From positions 7,999,794 to 8,063,793 of the forward strand of contig CAVNZM010000010.1 in assembly GCA_963693365.1 (NCBI GenBank): a DNA stretch of 64,000 nucleotides. Reading direction: 5' to 3'. The notes below the pieces were generated by a model that saw nothing but the letters and a program-made list of their open reading frames with translations, was not told the origin of the DNA and ran no database searches. The translations under genes and the position numbers were made by a program. Positions 12,888-27,004 of the stretch are shown piece after piece. Every line of letters begins with the position of its first letter. The first letter of the stretch is position 1. Source of the stretch: Amoebidium appalachense. Its lineage: Eukaryota > Protista > Ichthyosporea.

Positions 12888-13628
12888 CCCCTCTCTCTCT
12901 CGTTCTCTCCCTCCCTCTCTCTCTCTCTCCCTCTCCCCCTCTCTCCCCCCCCCTCCCCCCCCCCCCCCCTCTCCCCCCCCCGCTCCTTTCCCAAACAATT
13001 CCCCCGCCGTTCTTCTTTCTCAGCCGGCTAGGTTTTTGGGTTGCCTGGTAAGTTTTGAAATGGAGCTCTCGTCTCTGATCTGACCACCACAGAGTTTTTT
13101 TTATATTTTTTTGTTTTTTTTAATTCTTCTCTTCTCCCCCCCCCCCCCCCCTTCCTTTTCCCCCTCCCTCTCTCCCCTCCCTTCCCCCTTCGCCCTTCCC
13201 CGGCCCACTCCCCTCCGCCCCCCCTTCCCCTCCTACCTCCCCCCCCCCCCCCCCCCCTCCCCCTGGCCAAACCCTGTATACACTCTTCTCATCAGCAGGT
13301 CTCTAACCCACTCTGCAGAACGTTTTACGCATTTCTCCCCTTGAAGAACTTGGTCGTTGGTGCGTTTTTGTCTGATATCTAACGACTCTGCAAGGTCCCC
13401 TGAGACTACTGACACTCTAACATTCCCTCCCCTCTCTTACTCTCACCCCCCCCCCCCCCCCCCTCCCCCCCCCCTTCCCCTCCTCCTTCCCCTATCATTT
13501 TCTCTGCACACTCAACAGGTCTTAACCAGCTCTGCACATCGTTAGTCACAATCTTCTCTCATATATGAGAGAATGATCCGTATTGGTACGATTTGACTAA
13601 TATCTGACGATTCTGCAGCATCCCTAAG

Positions 13629-13709
<81 letters not shown>

Positions 13710-13888
13710 TCTCTTTTTTTTTTTTTTTTTTTTTTGGCGCCTGTTGTTTTGCTTGTCATTTGTTGTTCTGGTTGACTACCTGTAATCTTCGCTTATTTAT
13801 GTGTGTGTGTGTGTATGTATGTATGTTGTGCGGGGGTGGCACACACCGGTGTCTACTTTTCTTCCTACTGTTTTTCTCTCCACACACG

Positions 13889-14645
13889 TCATCTGTCCAC
13901 TTCTGCATACCCCCTCTCATAGCTACAGACACACTTCACACATTGCGTTACGCGCACGCATGCACACACCGCTCTGTTGGCGACAGCTCCCTTGGAACCC
14001 ATGCGGCATGTTACCCGCCGGCGTAACATAACTCGGACTATCGGTTTGGCTTTTTTCAAGCTCAAAGCAATGGGTGATACCATATTTCCGGCTGACATCC
14101 GGGGGCATAGCTTTCCGTTCGAAGACGATAAAGTTCCGCCCTAGTAAGCGTTTTACTACCCTGCGGTGTGGGTCAAATCTCATATTTCCCCCTCTGATTG
14201 CGAATTCTGCGGCCTTCGGGACTTAATTCTTTTCAGCTGGTGTTGTATGTTAGCCAGGGAAGTATCGACTTAGGTAGCGACGGGGGAAATTCCTAGAAGC
14301 CCCGTCTCCTGAGTTCCTATCTATATTAAATTTTTTCTTGCTTCTGTTTACTGCTGCAACTTTAACCCCCGGCCTTTCCCACTGCCCTTGCCTGCATAAG
14401 CAACCCTGCTCGTCTCTGATCAAGACGGGTGACCTACCCATGTTCAAGTGAAACAATATCTGAGTTGGGTTTCGTTAACGAGGTGAATAGGTCGAAACTC
14501 GGGTACTGTGGATGACGTGGGGCCCCCCTGAGGATGGGCTCCGCTTATTATGCATACTCTTTAGGTATGGCTTGCATTCTGCATCGTGTTATCCGTTTGT
14601 TCTTGTGTACTTCGTACTTTTTGACGCATTCAAACCCCCCCCCCC
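13889..14645 (+). repeat. ~750-bp dispersed repeat, copy 1 (C-rich 3' end)
   Basis: Colinear with the reverse complement of 22990-23745; its last ~110 bp recur elsewhere in the window. Confidence 0.9.
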
Positions 14646-15070
14646 ACCACCACCACCACCACCACCACCACGTGCACCACCACCACCCACCCACCCCACC
14701 CCCACCCCACCCCAACCCACCCCAGCCCACCCACCACCCCCCGGCTAAGGTCCGTGCTCTAATTAAAGGCATATTGCCACGCCTCTCCTGCCCTTCTGGT
14801 TTGACACAAACCAAAAATTGTGTGTTAATCAATTAAGCCACATCGCCGATGATCCGCAGTTTCTTTCTGGAACACTTGATGCCAGTGGTGACGTCATCTG
14901 CTCTCGGCATCACATGATGGCGCAATCAAGTCTTGGATTTCTCGGCCGCCGGCGCCAGCTTTGAAAAGCGAAAAGTCGCGAAACCACACACTCATAAAGG
15001 GGTTGGGTCAAAAGCGAGTGGTTAGAGGTAGAAGGTGTTATTTTCACACGCATACACAGACACGCACACC

Positions 15071-16478
15071 ATGGTTCTCCTTAGCAATATGCGGCTGTTT
15101 GCTGCCCGCCAGTGTGTGGGCGTGCCCGTCCGGTCCATTTTTCACAGCAGCTCGTTCAAAGGCTGCAAAACGTACGTTTGCTTAGTTTGGCAACATGACG
15201 CAAATTGTTGATGAGTTTGGCTTTTCTTGCTGTTCAGAGAAATGAATAGTTTGTGTGCATGGCCTAGGGCTGGTAGAATTTGGGTGTGTGCCCGTATGCT
15301 AGTGAAAATGTCAGCGGAAACAAAGCATGGGAAGAATGCAGATTCTTTGGTTTTGTTGTCGTGGCAATAGAAAACCGCAAGCAGAAGGTTACAGCAACAT
15401 GTGAGCACCTTGGTCGCAAGTCGTTTCAGACGGTACAGCCACAAGGCGGAAAGAATTATATATTTCAGTGCATTTACGAAACACCACCGGAGACCCCCAG
15501 CGGTTGCACTTGTCAGAACTCTATCAACACATGTTAACACAACACACTGGAGCAGACATATTCACAAAAACATACACACGCAGATGCGCGCGGGCACGAA
15601 ACCACACGCAAGTGCACGGACAATTTAAAAGCTCTCACCCTCCAACTTTCTTTACTGACACGTGCACTTCACCGCAGCGAGCCATGTGCAGTTCACCCCC
15701 AAACTCGTGTCCATCCCTGCCCGTCCCCAGCAGCCCTCTACGTTGACTGCGGTTAGGTGGGCCCGTGGCAGCTATCCCCGCACCCAGGTGCAGACAGTGC
15801 AGGCCACACCCATGGCCACACAGCTGTGGAGGCTGGCGGGGGCTGGGGCCGTGGTGGGGTTGGGCGCCACGGCACTTAGTGGACTGCAGGGAGGGTACGT
15901 GTGTGTGTGTCTGTGTCTGTGGTTTTCTCTCTCACTCTCGCGCGCTCTCTCTCTCTGTGTGTGTGTATGTATGGGTGGGTGTGTGGATGGGTGGGTGGTG
16001 TGTGTGTGTGTGTGGTGTGTGTGTGTGTGTGTGTGTGTCTGTGGTGTGTATTTATGTATCTGTGTCTGTGTACACGTGTGGGTCTTTTTCTTTATCTCTT
16101 GGGAGAAAGGGGGAAGGGGGGGGGGGGGGGGGGGGGGGGGAGGGAGGGATAAGTACACTTTTTTTGTGCAGGTGTGTTGTGTGTGTGTGTTTTGTGTTGT
16201 GTGTGTATGTGTGCGTGCGTGGATGGTAGGGGGTAGGTGGGGGGGGGGGGGGGGGGGGGGAGACTATGTGCGAGTGCACACGTGCGTGTTTGTGTTGTGT
16301 ATGTGTGTGTATGCACACTATATCTCTCCCCTGTCTCTTTGGTTTACAGTATTTTGTGTTTTGTATTTTCGCTCTCGGTGTTTGTAGTGTTTTTCTCTCG
16401 TGTCTCACTATTTTCGATTACACACACTCCACACATAACATATACCTAACACACACACACACACACACACGCGCGCAT

Positions 16479-16512
<34 letters not shown>

Positions 16513-17341
16513 CACCAGGCAGGGTGCCACCTACCCCAGTTATGTCAGTGAGCGCATCGCCAAGACCTATGGCTATGTGGTGGGTGGTCTGGGCTTGACT
16601 GCCGGAGTGGCCACATACATCTTCCGTAGTGGTCTATACTACCGCCTGATGAATGTCAACCCGTGGGTTATGATGATCGGCACGGGCGCTGGAATGATCG
16701 GTATGTGGCTTGTTTGATTGATTGTTTCTTATTTAATCATCTTTTCTTTGTGTGTGTGTTCGTGTGTGCGTGTGGGTTGTGTGAGAGGGAGGGAGGGAGG
16801 GAGGGAGGGGGGATGGTGGTCCTTTGTATCTGTGCTTGTGTCTGTTTGCCACCAGATAGTACATCCAAGTTGTGTGTTGTATGATGTGTTCGTGCACGTA
16901 TACACGTACTTGTGTGAATAAAATGTCCTGTGTTGCAATGCCGTGCTTGCATGCCCAGTGCATACCTGCACACATACGGATCTGTGCCGTCACAAGGATG
17001 CCCATTTGTTGTTTTTTGGCTTGTGTGACTCTGTATGTCACCGTGTGTTGAGCAGTTGTCTTTCATTTGTTCGGAATGTAGTAGAGGTTGTGTAGCTGTG
17101 GTTGTGGTCGTGTGTGCGCGTGTGCGCATGGTGTGTGGTGGGGGGTGGGGGGGGGGGGGGGGGGGGGGGGGAAGGAGGGGGGGGGGGGGGGGGGGAGGAG
17201 GGTATATAGATGTCATAAAATAATTCATACTCAACAATTCTGTTTGCAGGGTCCATGATTGCCGTGCAGTCGGTCAGCCATAAGCCCTCCCAGCACGTCG
17301 CATGGCTGGCAATGAACAGCTTCATGGTATTGATACCTCCC

Positions 17342-17376
<35 letters not shown>

Positions 17377-18136
17377 CCCCGCCGGAAAAAAACCAAAAAA
17401 GAAAAACAAACAAGAAAAAAAGGAAGATAGAAAGGGGGGGGGGGGGGGGGGGGGGAGGGAGGGGGGAGATAGAAAGAAAGAAAATTTTCAAAACTTTCAA
17501 CCCCCCTGGGGGCCCCTCGATTTTGTTCGTCGTAAGTGCACTTCATAAATTATAACGCCATTTAAACCCCCCCCCCCCCCCCCCCTCCCCCCCTTTCCCT
17601 TTTCCCCTTTTCCTCCCCTTCACCCCCGGCTGTCGCTGCACCCTGGCCCTGGGTGGCTATATTACACAGAGACATCCACACGCATACACACACACAGACA
17701 CACACACACAAAAGCAGTGGCATCGACCCACCCACTTTTTTGATAGTTTCTACAACACTCGATTACAACCACCACCGCACACCTAGTCCCTCCCTCCCCC
17801 CCCCCCCCCCCCCCCTTTTTAGTCCACTTCTCAGTTCTCCCGGTCGGCCCTTTCCCTTTAAGTGATCACTCCGAGCCCCACCCCAATAAGTTTTCTGTTT
17901 TCTGCCCATCCCTGCTCCAGTGCATGTCTTACCCACCACATTTTAAATTCCGTTCAACTACTTTTTAATTGTTTCCGCCAACCCCACCGTCTTTGTGCTC
18001 ACACATTTGTCATCAGGGTCTGTCGCTGTTCCCCCTAGCCATGTTTGGGGGGGCACTTCTCCAGAGGGCTGCCATCGGCACTGCTGCTGTTGTTGGCTCC
18101 ATCTCCCTCATTGCCGCCACCACACGCAGGTAACAA

Positions 18137-18185
<49 letters not shown>

Positions 18186-18349
18186 AAAAAAAAAAAAAAT
18201 TGTGTGCTCGCGCGCGCACACGCACACACACACACATACAGTGCGTGCGTACGCGCTGGATAACCACCACCACCTGCCCCATGCATATAATCCACAGTCA
18301 TTGAATTCTCGCTGTACTTTGCCTCCCCCCCTCCCCCCCCCTCCCCCCC

Positions 18350-18397
<48 letters not shown>

Positions 18398-18781
18398 GTC
18401 CCCTTCCCCCTCTTCTCGATCTACTTTTCACACTACGCTGCAAGCAGCAATAGCACTGACACGTATATGCGCACACACAGTGACAACCACCTGGCCATGG
18501 CCGGGCCTCTCAGTGTTGGCCTGGGTGTTGTGTTTGCTGCCAGCATCGGCAGCCTCTTCTTCCCGGCCATGCCTCTTCTCTACAATGTGAGCCTGTATGG
18601 TGGTCTGGCTGTGTTTGGTGGGTTCACCTATGTCGACACACAGCGCATCATGGTGCGGGCTAGACAGGCGGTCACTTATGACCCCCTCAAGGCCAGTGTG
18701 GGCATCTACATGGACACCATCAACATCTTCACAAGAATGGTGCAGATTCTGGCCAATCGCGGCAGCAACAACCGCCGTTAA
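15071..18781 (+). CDS. GHITM: Growth hormone-inducible transmembrane protein / MICS1 (Bax inhibitor-1 family), spliced
   Basis: Exons 15071-15171 (presequence-like MVLLSNMRLFAARQ), ~15680-15894, 16513-16700 (YPSYVSERIAKTYGY), 17250-17326, 18017-18129 and 18481-18781 (LYGGLAVFGGFTYVDTQRI...DPLKASVGIYMDTINIF). Phases are consistent from exon 2 onward; the exon 1-2 join is unresolved. Confidence 0.88.
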
Positions 18782-19423
18782 ATAAGTTTATATGGTTAGG
18801 TAGTTGCCAAATATGGATGTTGGCTGATACATATGAGTGGTTTGTGAGGCTGCATAGGCCATGAGTGATTGTCGTGATATGATGGTGGGTGGGTGTCACG
18901 TGTCAACATTAGCATGTATGTCAATACTGGTGCAGGCTGCTCCACGGTAACTTCAGTCGGGTGCCCGTGTCTTATTTTTTGTTCCCAGCGAAGGCTCCAA
19001 TTGGCTGTGCCAAGTGGTACCTGTACGCAGTAAAGTTGAATGCAGATTGGGCCACGTGTGTGTAGCTGTGGGCACTGGTGGGCACCCGGTGTATGCCGGG
19101 TGTGGGTGGCCATGGGTGTGCAGTGTGTGCATGCATGTGTGTGCTTGTCCGCACGTCTGCAAGTGCTCCAGTGTGTGCCACGGTGCGACGGTGTGTGTGT
19201 GTTGCTCACAGACGTCTCGCAAGTGTGTGTGTGCCTAAGCATCCTTGATTTGGAAACGGGGAGGGGGTTAGTAATATAGTAACTTTGGGGGCGGGGGGAA
19301 GGGGGGAGGGGGGGACCCACCTTCCCCCTTTCGAGGGGGGGAACGGGAGGGAGACCCACCCACCCCTCCGGCTAGCAGGGGCTAACTAATAACTCAGGCT
19401 ATAGCTATATGCCGTACGGTCAT

Positions 19424-19459
<36 letters not shown>

Positions 19460-20018
19460 AGGCCCCTGTCCGGCCCTCTCGTCTCGTCTCCAATCGCCCC
19501 ACCGCGCGCGCGTACATAAACGCACACACGTCTTTTCAACGTATTTTATTCACACGTACCTGCACACACACGTACTACTCACGCACGCGAGGTGCACAAA
19601 CTTTGATCAGCAAAGACCACCCGACATACGCATGAACATGCATATTACACTCGCCCACGTGCACACCTGTCACACACAGACATTCGAATCTGCCACACAG
19701 ATACGCACCGAGAGCAACACTGCACGGCGAGCCCGATAACCTTGCCCACAATGACTCATGTTAAATCAAATTAGAAATAGTTGACCGCCGGTCAACTATT
19801 TCTGCAAATTTGATGTAGCATGAATCATTGTGGCACACACACATCACACCACACACATGCAACGCCGTTGCATGTGTGTGGTGTCGCCGTTGCATGTGTG
19901 TGGTGTGATGTGTGTGTGCGTGCGTGCGCGTGTGCGCGTGCATTGCCTTCCATTAATGAGCCTAGGGTGAGGGAGGGAGGGGGGCCCGGGGCAGGGGAAG
20001 GGGGATGGCGGGGGGGCT

Positions 20019-20053
<35 letters not shown>

Positions 20054-20307
20054 TGGGGGAGGAGGTGATCACAAGTGCAGCCGCGGAAGGGCGGGCGGGA
20101 GTGGGTCGTCAGAAAATGTTATAGAGCATAGCCTAATTAATCCTGCAGAGGAAGAGCACGGTGACCGGAAGCGGCCGCGGCACGAACGGGTGAAATTTCG
20201 AAGCGTGCGTGCGCGCGTGCGCGTGTGTGTGTCTGTGCGCACGTGTACACACGTGTGTGTGTGTGTGTGTGTGCGTTTGTGTGTGTGTGTGTGTGTGTGT
20301 GCACGCA

Positions 20308-20354
<47 letters not shown>

Positions 20355-20356
20355 AC

Positions 20357-20399
<43 letters not shown>

Positions 20400-20449
20400 T
20401 GTTTGTGTGTGTGTGTGGAACGGAGAATCTGGCTATGTTCACGCACATG

Positions 20450-20483
<34 letters not shown>

Positions 20484-20769
20484 GACACCCAATCGCAGAG
20501 AGGGCCCTCTGCAGAGGCAACTGTATAAACGCAGAGGGTTGTTGCGCAAGTTTTACGCACAGCAGGCCCACCCTCTGCATATATAGCCCGTTAGGAGAGG
20601 GTCCTCCTGCCAAATATGGGCAATACATTCCCCCCTCCCCCCACCGCTCCTGCCGCCCCTTCTCCTTCTCCTTCGGGATTCGATGGGTGGGGTTGGTGGT
20701 GGCCGTTGGTGGTGGTGGGGGGGGTGGGTGTGTGTGTGTGTGTGGGTGGGTGGTGGTGGTGGTGGTGGT

Positions 20770-20806
<37 letters not shown>

Positions 20807-20858
20807 AATGCAGACTTAATACTGTGTCTGTGTTGGTGGTCGGTCTGGTATTGGTGTG

Positions 20859-20911
<53 letters not shown>

Positions 20912-22365
20912 ATGTGACGGTGTGAGAGGCGTGTGTGGGTGTGGCCGTTGATGTACATAGGAGGGAGGGGGTTGATGGGTTGGTGTGGGTGGGTGGAAGG
21001 GGGGTTGTATTCGTGCTCAACGTTAACTTGATCTAGAATCACAAATTGAATCACCGATGATTCATTGCTTTGGATCGCACCATACCCAGACTCAAATATA
21101 AAAAAAGCCCTACTACCTTGTGATTGGAAATAAAAGTCACCGGAGCGACAAAGTATATGTCTTTACAGATTTGTTGAACTTATAACATGGAACCACAAGA
21201 CTTACTAGACTTGCACGCACTAAAAATCTATCGCAGACGTGATGCAGATTTAGAGCATACACGGAAAAACATGCCTTTCGCGGTTAAGTCTATCCCCCTT
21301 CCCCTCCCCCCCCCCCCCCCCCCCCCCCTCCCCCCCCCCCCTCTCCCCCCCCCCCCCTTCCCCCCCCCCCCCCCCCCCCCCCCCCCTCCTTGTCTTGCCA
21401 TCAACAGTATGAACTATCTCACACGTATACTGCCAAAGAAACATTTCTTTGCCACTGAAAATGCGTATCTGCCACGAAGCTGTATCTGTGCGCTTATATT
21501 GAAAATAGAAGTCAACTTCTAGAGCTACGTAATCGGTGTCTACCAGTTACTTTGGGTGATAACAAACGTGTCAAATCATATCACTAGTCCACCAACGATG
21601 ACTTTGCCTATCAGCACTTCTAAGCTAATCTCATACACTAACACTAAAAAATTTGAAAACCTTAAAGCACCCCCAAGCTTAAGAAACCAAAACTCAAATC
21701 TAGTACAAAAGCCAAACACCCGTCTAATAATTAAACATGATGGACACATTTTCATGCAGCAAAGCAATGAAAAACACATTACCGATAATGTCGAACACAT
21801 GCCCAATCAAAATTCCACATTACACTTATAGGTAACAACAGATTGGCCCACACGGATGCAGATCGCCGGGGACCCCTGTCACCGATGCCCCCCCTTGGAT
21901 AAGTGAAGAGGGAGGGACGGGGTATGAAAGCGGATGACAATTGAAGTTGGGAGAATTTAGTTCGGGGTGGAGAGAGATAAAAGGAGGGAGGGAGGGAGGG
22001 AGGGGGGGGGGAGGGAGAAGGACGGGAGGGAGGGAGGGAAAAGGGAGGGAGGGAGAGAGGGAAGGAGAGGAGAGGAAGGGGGAGAGAGTTGGACGGTGGG
22101 TGGTTGGGAGGGAGGAGGGGGAAGCGAGCGGGGAGGGGAGGGGGGAAGATGAGAGAGAGGGCGGGAGGCAGGCAAGGCGGGAAGAAGGGATTGCATAAGA
22201 AGGGTGGGGTGGGGAGGACGGAGGGGAGGGGACCGGGGGGGAAGTGGGGGGGCTGGGGGGAGGGGGGAGGGGGGGGGGGGGGGGGGGGAGGGAGGGGGGC
22301 AGCTAATATTAGATAAGGTGATTTCAGCCGCCATCCCCTATTCCCCCCCTCCCCCCCTCCCCTCC

Positions 22366-22396
<31 letters not shown>

Positions 22397-22845
22397 AAAA
22401 AAAAAAAAAAAAAAGCGAAAGAAATAAAGAACGAAAGAAGAAAGCAAATATAAAAAAACAAAACACACACATGTGCACCACCATACAAAAACTATTTCTG
22501 CAACACATCGAGTGCACACACTTCCTGCAATGTTACTCTTGGAACTTTCACACAAAAACAGAAACCCCCCCCCCCCCCCTTCTCCCCCCCCCCCCCTTCT
22601 TCCCCCCCCCCCCCCCCCCCCCCCCCCGGCATTCTTCCCTCTTTGCCCTCGCGTGGTTTTCCATCACCTAACCATACACTCTTTTGCGCTTTCCTACATA
22701 CTAAGTTAGCTTAGCTCTGCCTGGCAGCCTGGTTTTGTTGTTCCACAGTGTAAATAAATATGTGCATCAGGAGACAGGACTAAGGGAGAGGAGGTGTGTA
22801 TGTGTGTATGTGGGGCGGAGGGGGGGAAGGGGGGGAGGGAGGGCG

Positions 22846-22877
<32 letters not shown>

Positions 22878-22989
22878 GGGGGAGGGCGGACGGGGAAGAG
22901 GGGAGGGTGGCCGGTAAAAGGGAAGGGGGAGAAGGGGAAGGGGGGGGGGGAGGGGAGGAGAGGAGGTGGGGGGAGGGGGAGGGGGAGGG

Positions 22990-23745
22990 GGGAGGGGGGA
23001 TTGAATGTGTCAAAAAGTACGAAGTACACAAGAACAAACGGATAACACGATGCAGAATGCAAGCCATACATAAAGAGTATGCATAATAAGCACAGCCCAT
23101 CCTCAGGGGGGGCCCACGTCATCCACAGTACCCGAGTTTCGACCTATTCACATCGTTTACGAAAGCCAACTTGGATACTGTTTCACTTGAACATGGGTAG
23201 CCGGTCACCCGTCTTGATCAGAGACGAGCAGGGTTGCTTATGCAGGCAAGGGCAGTGGGAAAGGCCGGGGGTTAGAGTTGCAGCAGTAAACAGAAGCAAG
23301 AAAAATATAGATAGGAACTCAGGAGACGGGGCTTCTAGGAAGCTCCCCCGTCGCTACCTAAGTCGATACTTCCCTGGCTAACATACACCAGCTGAAAAGA
23401 ATAAAGTCCCGAAGGCCGCAGAATTCGCAATCAGAGGGGAAAATATGAGATTTGACCCACGCCGAAGGGTAGTAACACGTTTACTAACTATAGGGCGGAA
23501 CTTTAACGTCTTCGAACGGAAAGCTATGCCCCCGGATGTCAGCCGGAAATATGGTATCACCCATTGCTTTGGGCTTGAAAAAAGCCAAATCGATAGTCCG
23601 AGTTATGTTACGCCGGCGGGTAACATACCGCATGGGTTCCAAGGAAGCTGTCGCCAACAGAGCGGTGTGTGCATGCGTGTGCGTAACGCAATGTGTGAAG
23701 TGTGTCTATAGCTATGAGAGGGGGTATGCAGAAGTGGACAGATGA
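22990..23745 (-). repeat. ~750-bp dispersed repeat, copy 2 (inverted)
   Basis: Reverse complement of 13889-14645 with scattered substitutions and indels; same 5' boundary TCATCTGTCCACTT. Confidence 0.9.
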
Positions 23746-24680
23746 AGTCTCTCCCAACCAGAATTCGAAACTGGATGAATCCACTGCTTTTTTCTTCAGG
23801 TTTTCTCGCTTGGTTTTCTTGCCACTTCCTTTTCATGGAAGCTGCTAATTTTAAAATTATACCATCACTTAATGGCAAATTTCTGTGCCTCTTCAATCCC
23901 TTCAGCTTATACTATATCAATTCCTTATCATGACTGTCCATGGTAATTTTTTTTTTTTTTGATGGTGAATTTGCGTCTGCCTGAATCTGTGCAATCCCCC
24001 CCCCCCCGGGCCCCGTGGCACAAAACGTCCTAAGGTTTTCCTCGAGGGGCAGTTCTGCAGATCACGTGCATCTCTCCTACCCAGCTACCCCCTCTTACTG
24101 CCAGTGGCACCGGTACCCTAGCTCCGCCATGCATATATATGCCCTCTCTAAATGAAAAACCCACCACCCCAGGTGACGTTGCTTTTTTTTATTATTTTTT
24201 TATTTTTATTTTGTTTTAAAATATGCACAGATAGACACGTGCACGTGTACATACATACCCTTCGACTCCCCCGTTCATATGCCTCATAGCATGCATGCAT
24301 TCGCCCGCAACCTGCACGCAAGCCAGCACATTAATAGCTAGCTTATTATTAGTCACACACTGCAACACACCTCTCAACCCTTCTTCTGTTTGCCTAATAT
24401 TAGGCCTATATATGCACGCAAACACCCATGCATATGATACACGGCACACGTCAGCCCGCACACACACTAATCCACCCGCCACGGGTTCGCACATACCGCA
24501 GCCGCAAGCTGATGCTCTGATGGTGTAGCCAGCCTTAAACCCACCTATCCACACTCATAAAAACGCATGGGCAGAGAATGACAGGAAGGCAATATCAAAG
24601 ACACCGATGCAAATACATCACAGTGACCACGACTAGTACTAGCCAACACAGACATCTGTACTGTAACACAGTCAGCCTCC

Positions 24681-24719
<39 letters not shown>

Positions 24720-24962
24720 TTCACTCCCCTCCTCCCTCTTTGGGGACTGTCATGTGTTGTGTGGGTGCGCATATATGCCTGCGTTTGGAGTGCGAGGAGA
24801 GAGTTCCTGAGTGAAATGAAAGCTTCCACTGAATCGAATCGAAAGAATACTATTTCACTAGTCAACCCACTTCAAGTTCTTATATTAACATTCACAACGT
24901 GGCACACGTGTACACACATCGTAACAATTGTACACATCTCTTCTGTGCCTTCCCCCCCACCC

Positions 24963-25019
<57 letters not shown>

Positions 25020-25805
25020 GAAAAAGAAAAGAAAAAGAAAAAACGTCCTCTACCACTACAGCCATGATTCAGCAGAGCTCTTTAATTTTATGCCAATGTA
25101 AAGATAGACTAAGTGAACCTGATACTAAAAAGGCACATGCATTATATTACTGTAGTATCATCACCAAATACACGGAAAGATAAAGGGCAGCTTTCATGTT
25201 CGACCATAACTCGCCATAAAACCTCTTTCCCATTGGCTGTCCATTTTTTGATTTTAACAGCAGAACATCAACCAATGAACAATGACAGTTTATAATGACT
25301 GTATGTCATGTGTTCAAGCAACCAACAAATTCTACTCAAGATTTGACAGCCAGCTGCATACCAACCAACCAAACACGAACTTCGGTGCATTTATAACAAA
25401 TAGGAGCACTAAAGCACAACCAAAAACCTGAGACTACTCCCCCCTCCCAGCAATCCCCCCCCCCCCCCCCCCCCTTTCCCCCCGGCCCCCTTTTCCCCTT
25501 TTGCGGCGTCCCTCCCTCACACGTATATCATATAAAAAAAGGAAAGGCAAAGTCTAAGGACAAATCGAATAATAAAAAAAAAAACGATGGGAGATATGAA
25601 ACCGAAAGGCCAAATGGGAAGGCCTCGGCAAGAGAAGAGGATGACAACATGCCGACAGTTGGCTCTCGAGCTGACGTCATGCCGGCTGGCCCATCCGTAG
25701 TGCCGCAACGGCCAGAGTACAGCCTGTGGGTGTTGTGGTGTGTGTGTGTAAATTAATAAGGTGTATACTGTGAGTAGGCAAGAGGTATGTCGATGCGTGT
25801 GTGTG

Positions 25806-25853
<48 letters not shown>

Positions 25854-26325
25854 CATGTTTGTGTGGCTTTCTGTGCGTGTGTGGGTGTGGGTGTGTGTCT
25901 TGTGCACGTGACTGAATCGTTATGTGTGTGTGTTGGTGTGTGCGCGCGCATGCGCATGCGGCCGTGTGCGCACAGAGGCGCCCTCACGGTTATGTGCCTG
26001 TGTGTGACAGGGGGCAGCCATGTGAACGCATCTACGTGCTTTTGCGGGTTCGTGCGTGTGTGTGTGTGTGTGTGAGTGCATGTGTGTGTGTGTGTGCGTG
26101 TGTGCTTGTGTGTGACTTGTGCACGTGGCTGAGTGAGTGAACTAGTCTTTCTGTTTGAAAAAGAGAGACGGAGAGAGACACAAAAACAGGGAGAGAAGAA
26201 GGGGGAGGAAAAAGGAAAAATTCACGGGGGGGAGGAGGGGTGGAAGAACATGTGTGTGTTTGTGCGCGCGTGTGTATGTGCGAGCGCGCTTGCGCGTGCG
26301 TGTGTGTATTTGCGTGTGCATGTGT

Positions 26326-26356
<31 letters not shown>

Positions 26357-26421
26357 GGGGGGGGGAGAGAGAGATTTCCGTGCGTGTGTGCCGTGGTGTG
26401 TTTGTGTTTGTGTGAATATAA

Positions 26422-26529
<108 letters not shown>

Positions 26530-26933
26530 CACGTGTGTCTGTGTGTCTGTGTGTATGTGTGTGTGTGTGTGTGTAGACGTGTGTTTGTGAAGTGTGCATG
26601 CGCATGTGCAGGAAGAGTGCTCGCACATGAATGCTCTCGCTTTCTCCTTCCCCCCCCCCCCCCCCCCCCCCCCCACCGCCCCAAACACCTATCTCTTCTT
26701 CCTCCCCCCCCCCCCCCCCCTTCCCCTAGATACCATATATCATGTGACATGTGTGTGTGTGTGTTTGTGTGTGTGTTTGTGTGTGTGCGCGAACTCGGGC
26801 GTGTGCCCCTTCATTCATTGTGTACGAATGAACAAAAGACAGAAAAAAGTCGCTCGAGAAGACTTTTTGTATGAGCTCCATGAAAAATTAAAAAACATGC
26901 ATGTGTGGTGTGTGGTGTTTGTGTGTTTGTGTG

Positions 26934-27004
<71 letters not shown>

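Noticed and set aside
14485-14545. Hammerhead ribozyme (GAAAC-TCGG-GTA and CTGAGGA both present)
   Set aside because: Stems I and II cannot be paired in any permutation I tried; an Infernal search would settle it.
13889-23745. Composite transposon with 750-bp TIRs capturing GHITM
   Set aside because: No TSD at the outer ends, and the repeat's 3' part occurs independently elsewhere, which favours two separate insertions.
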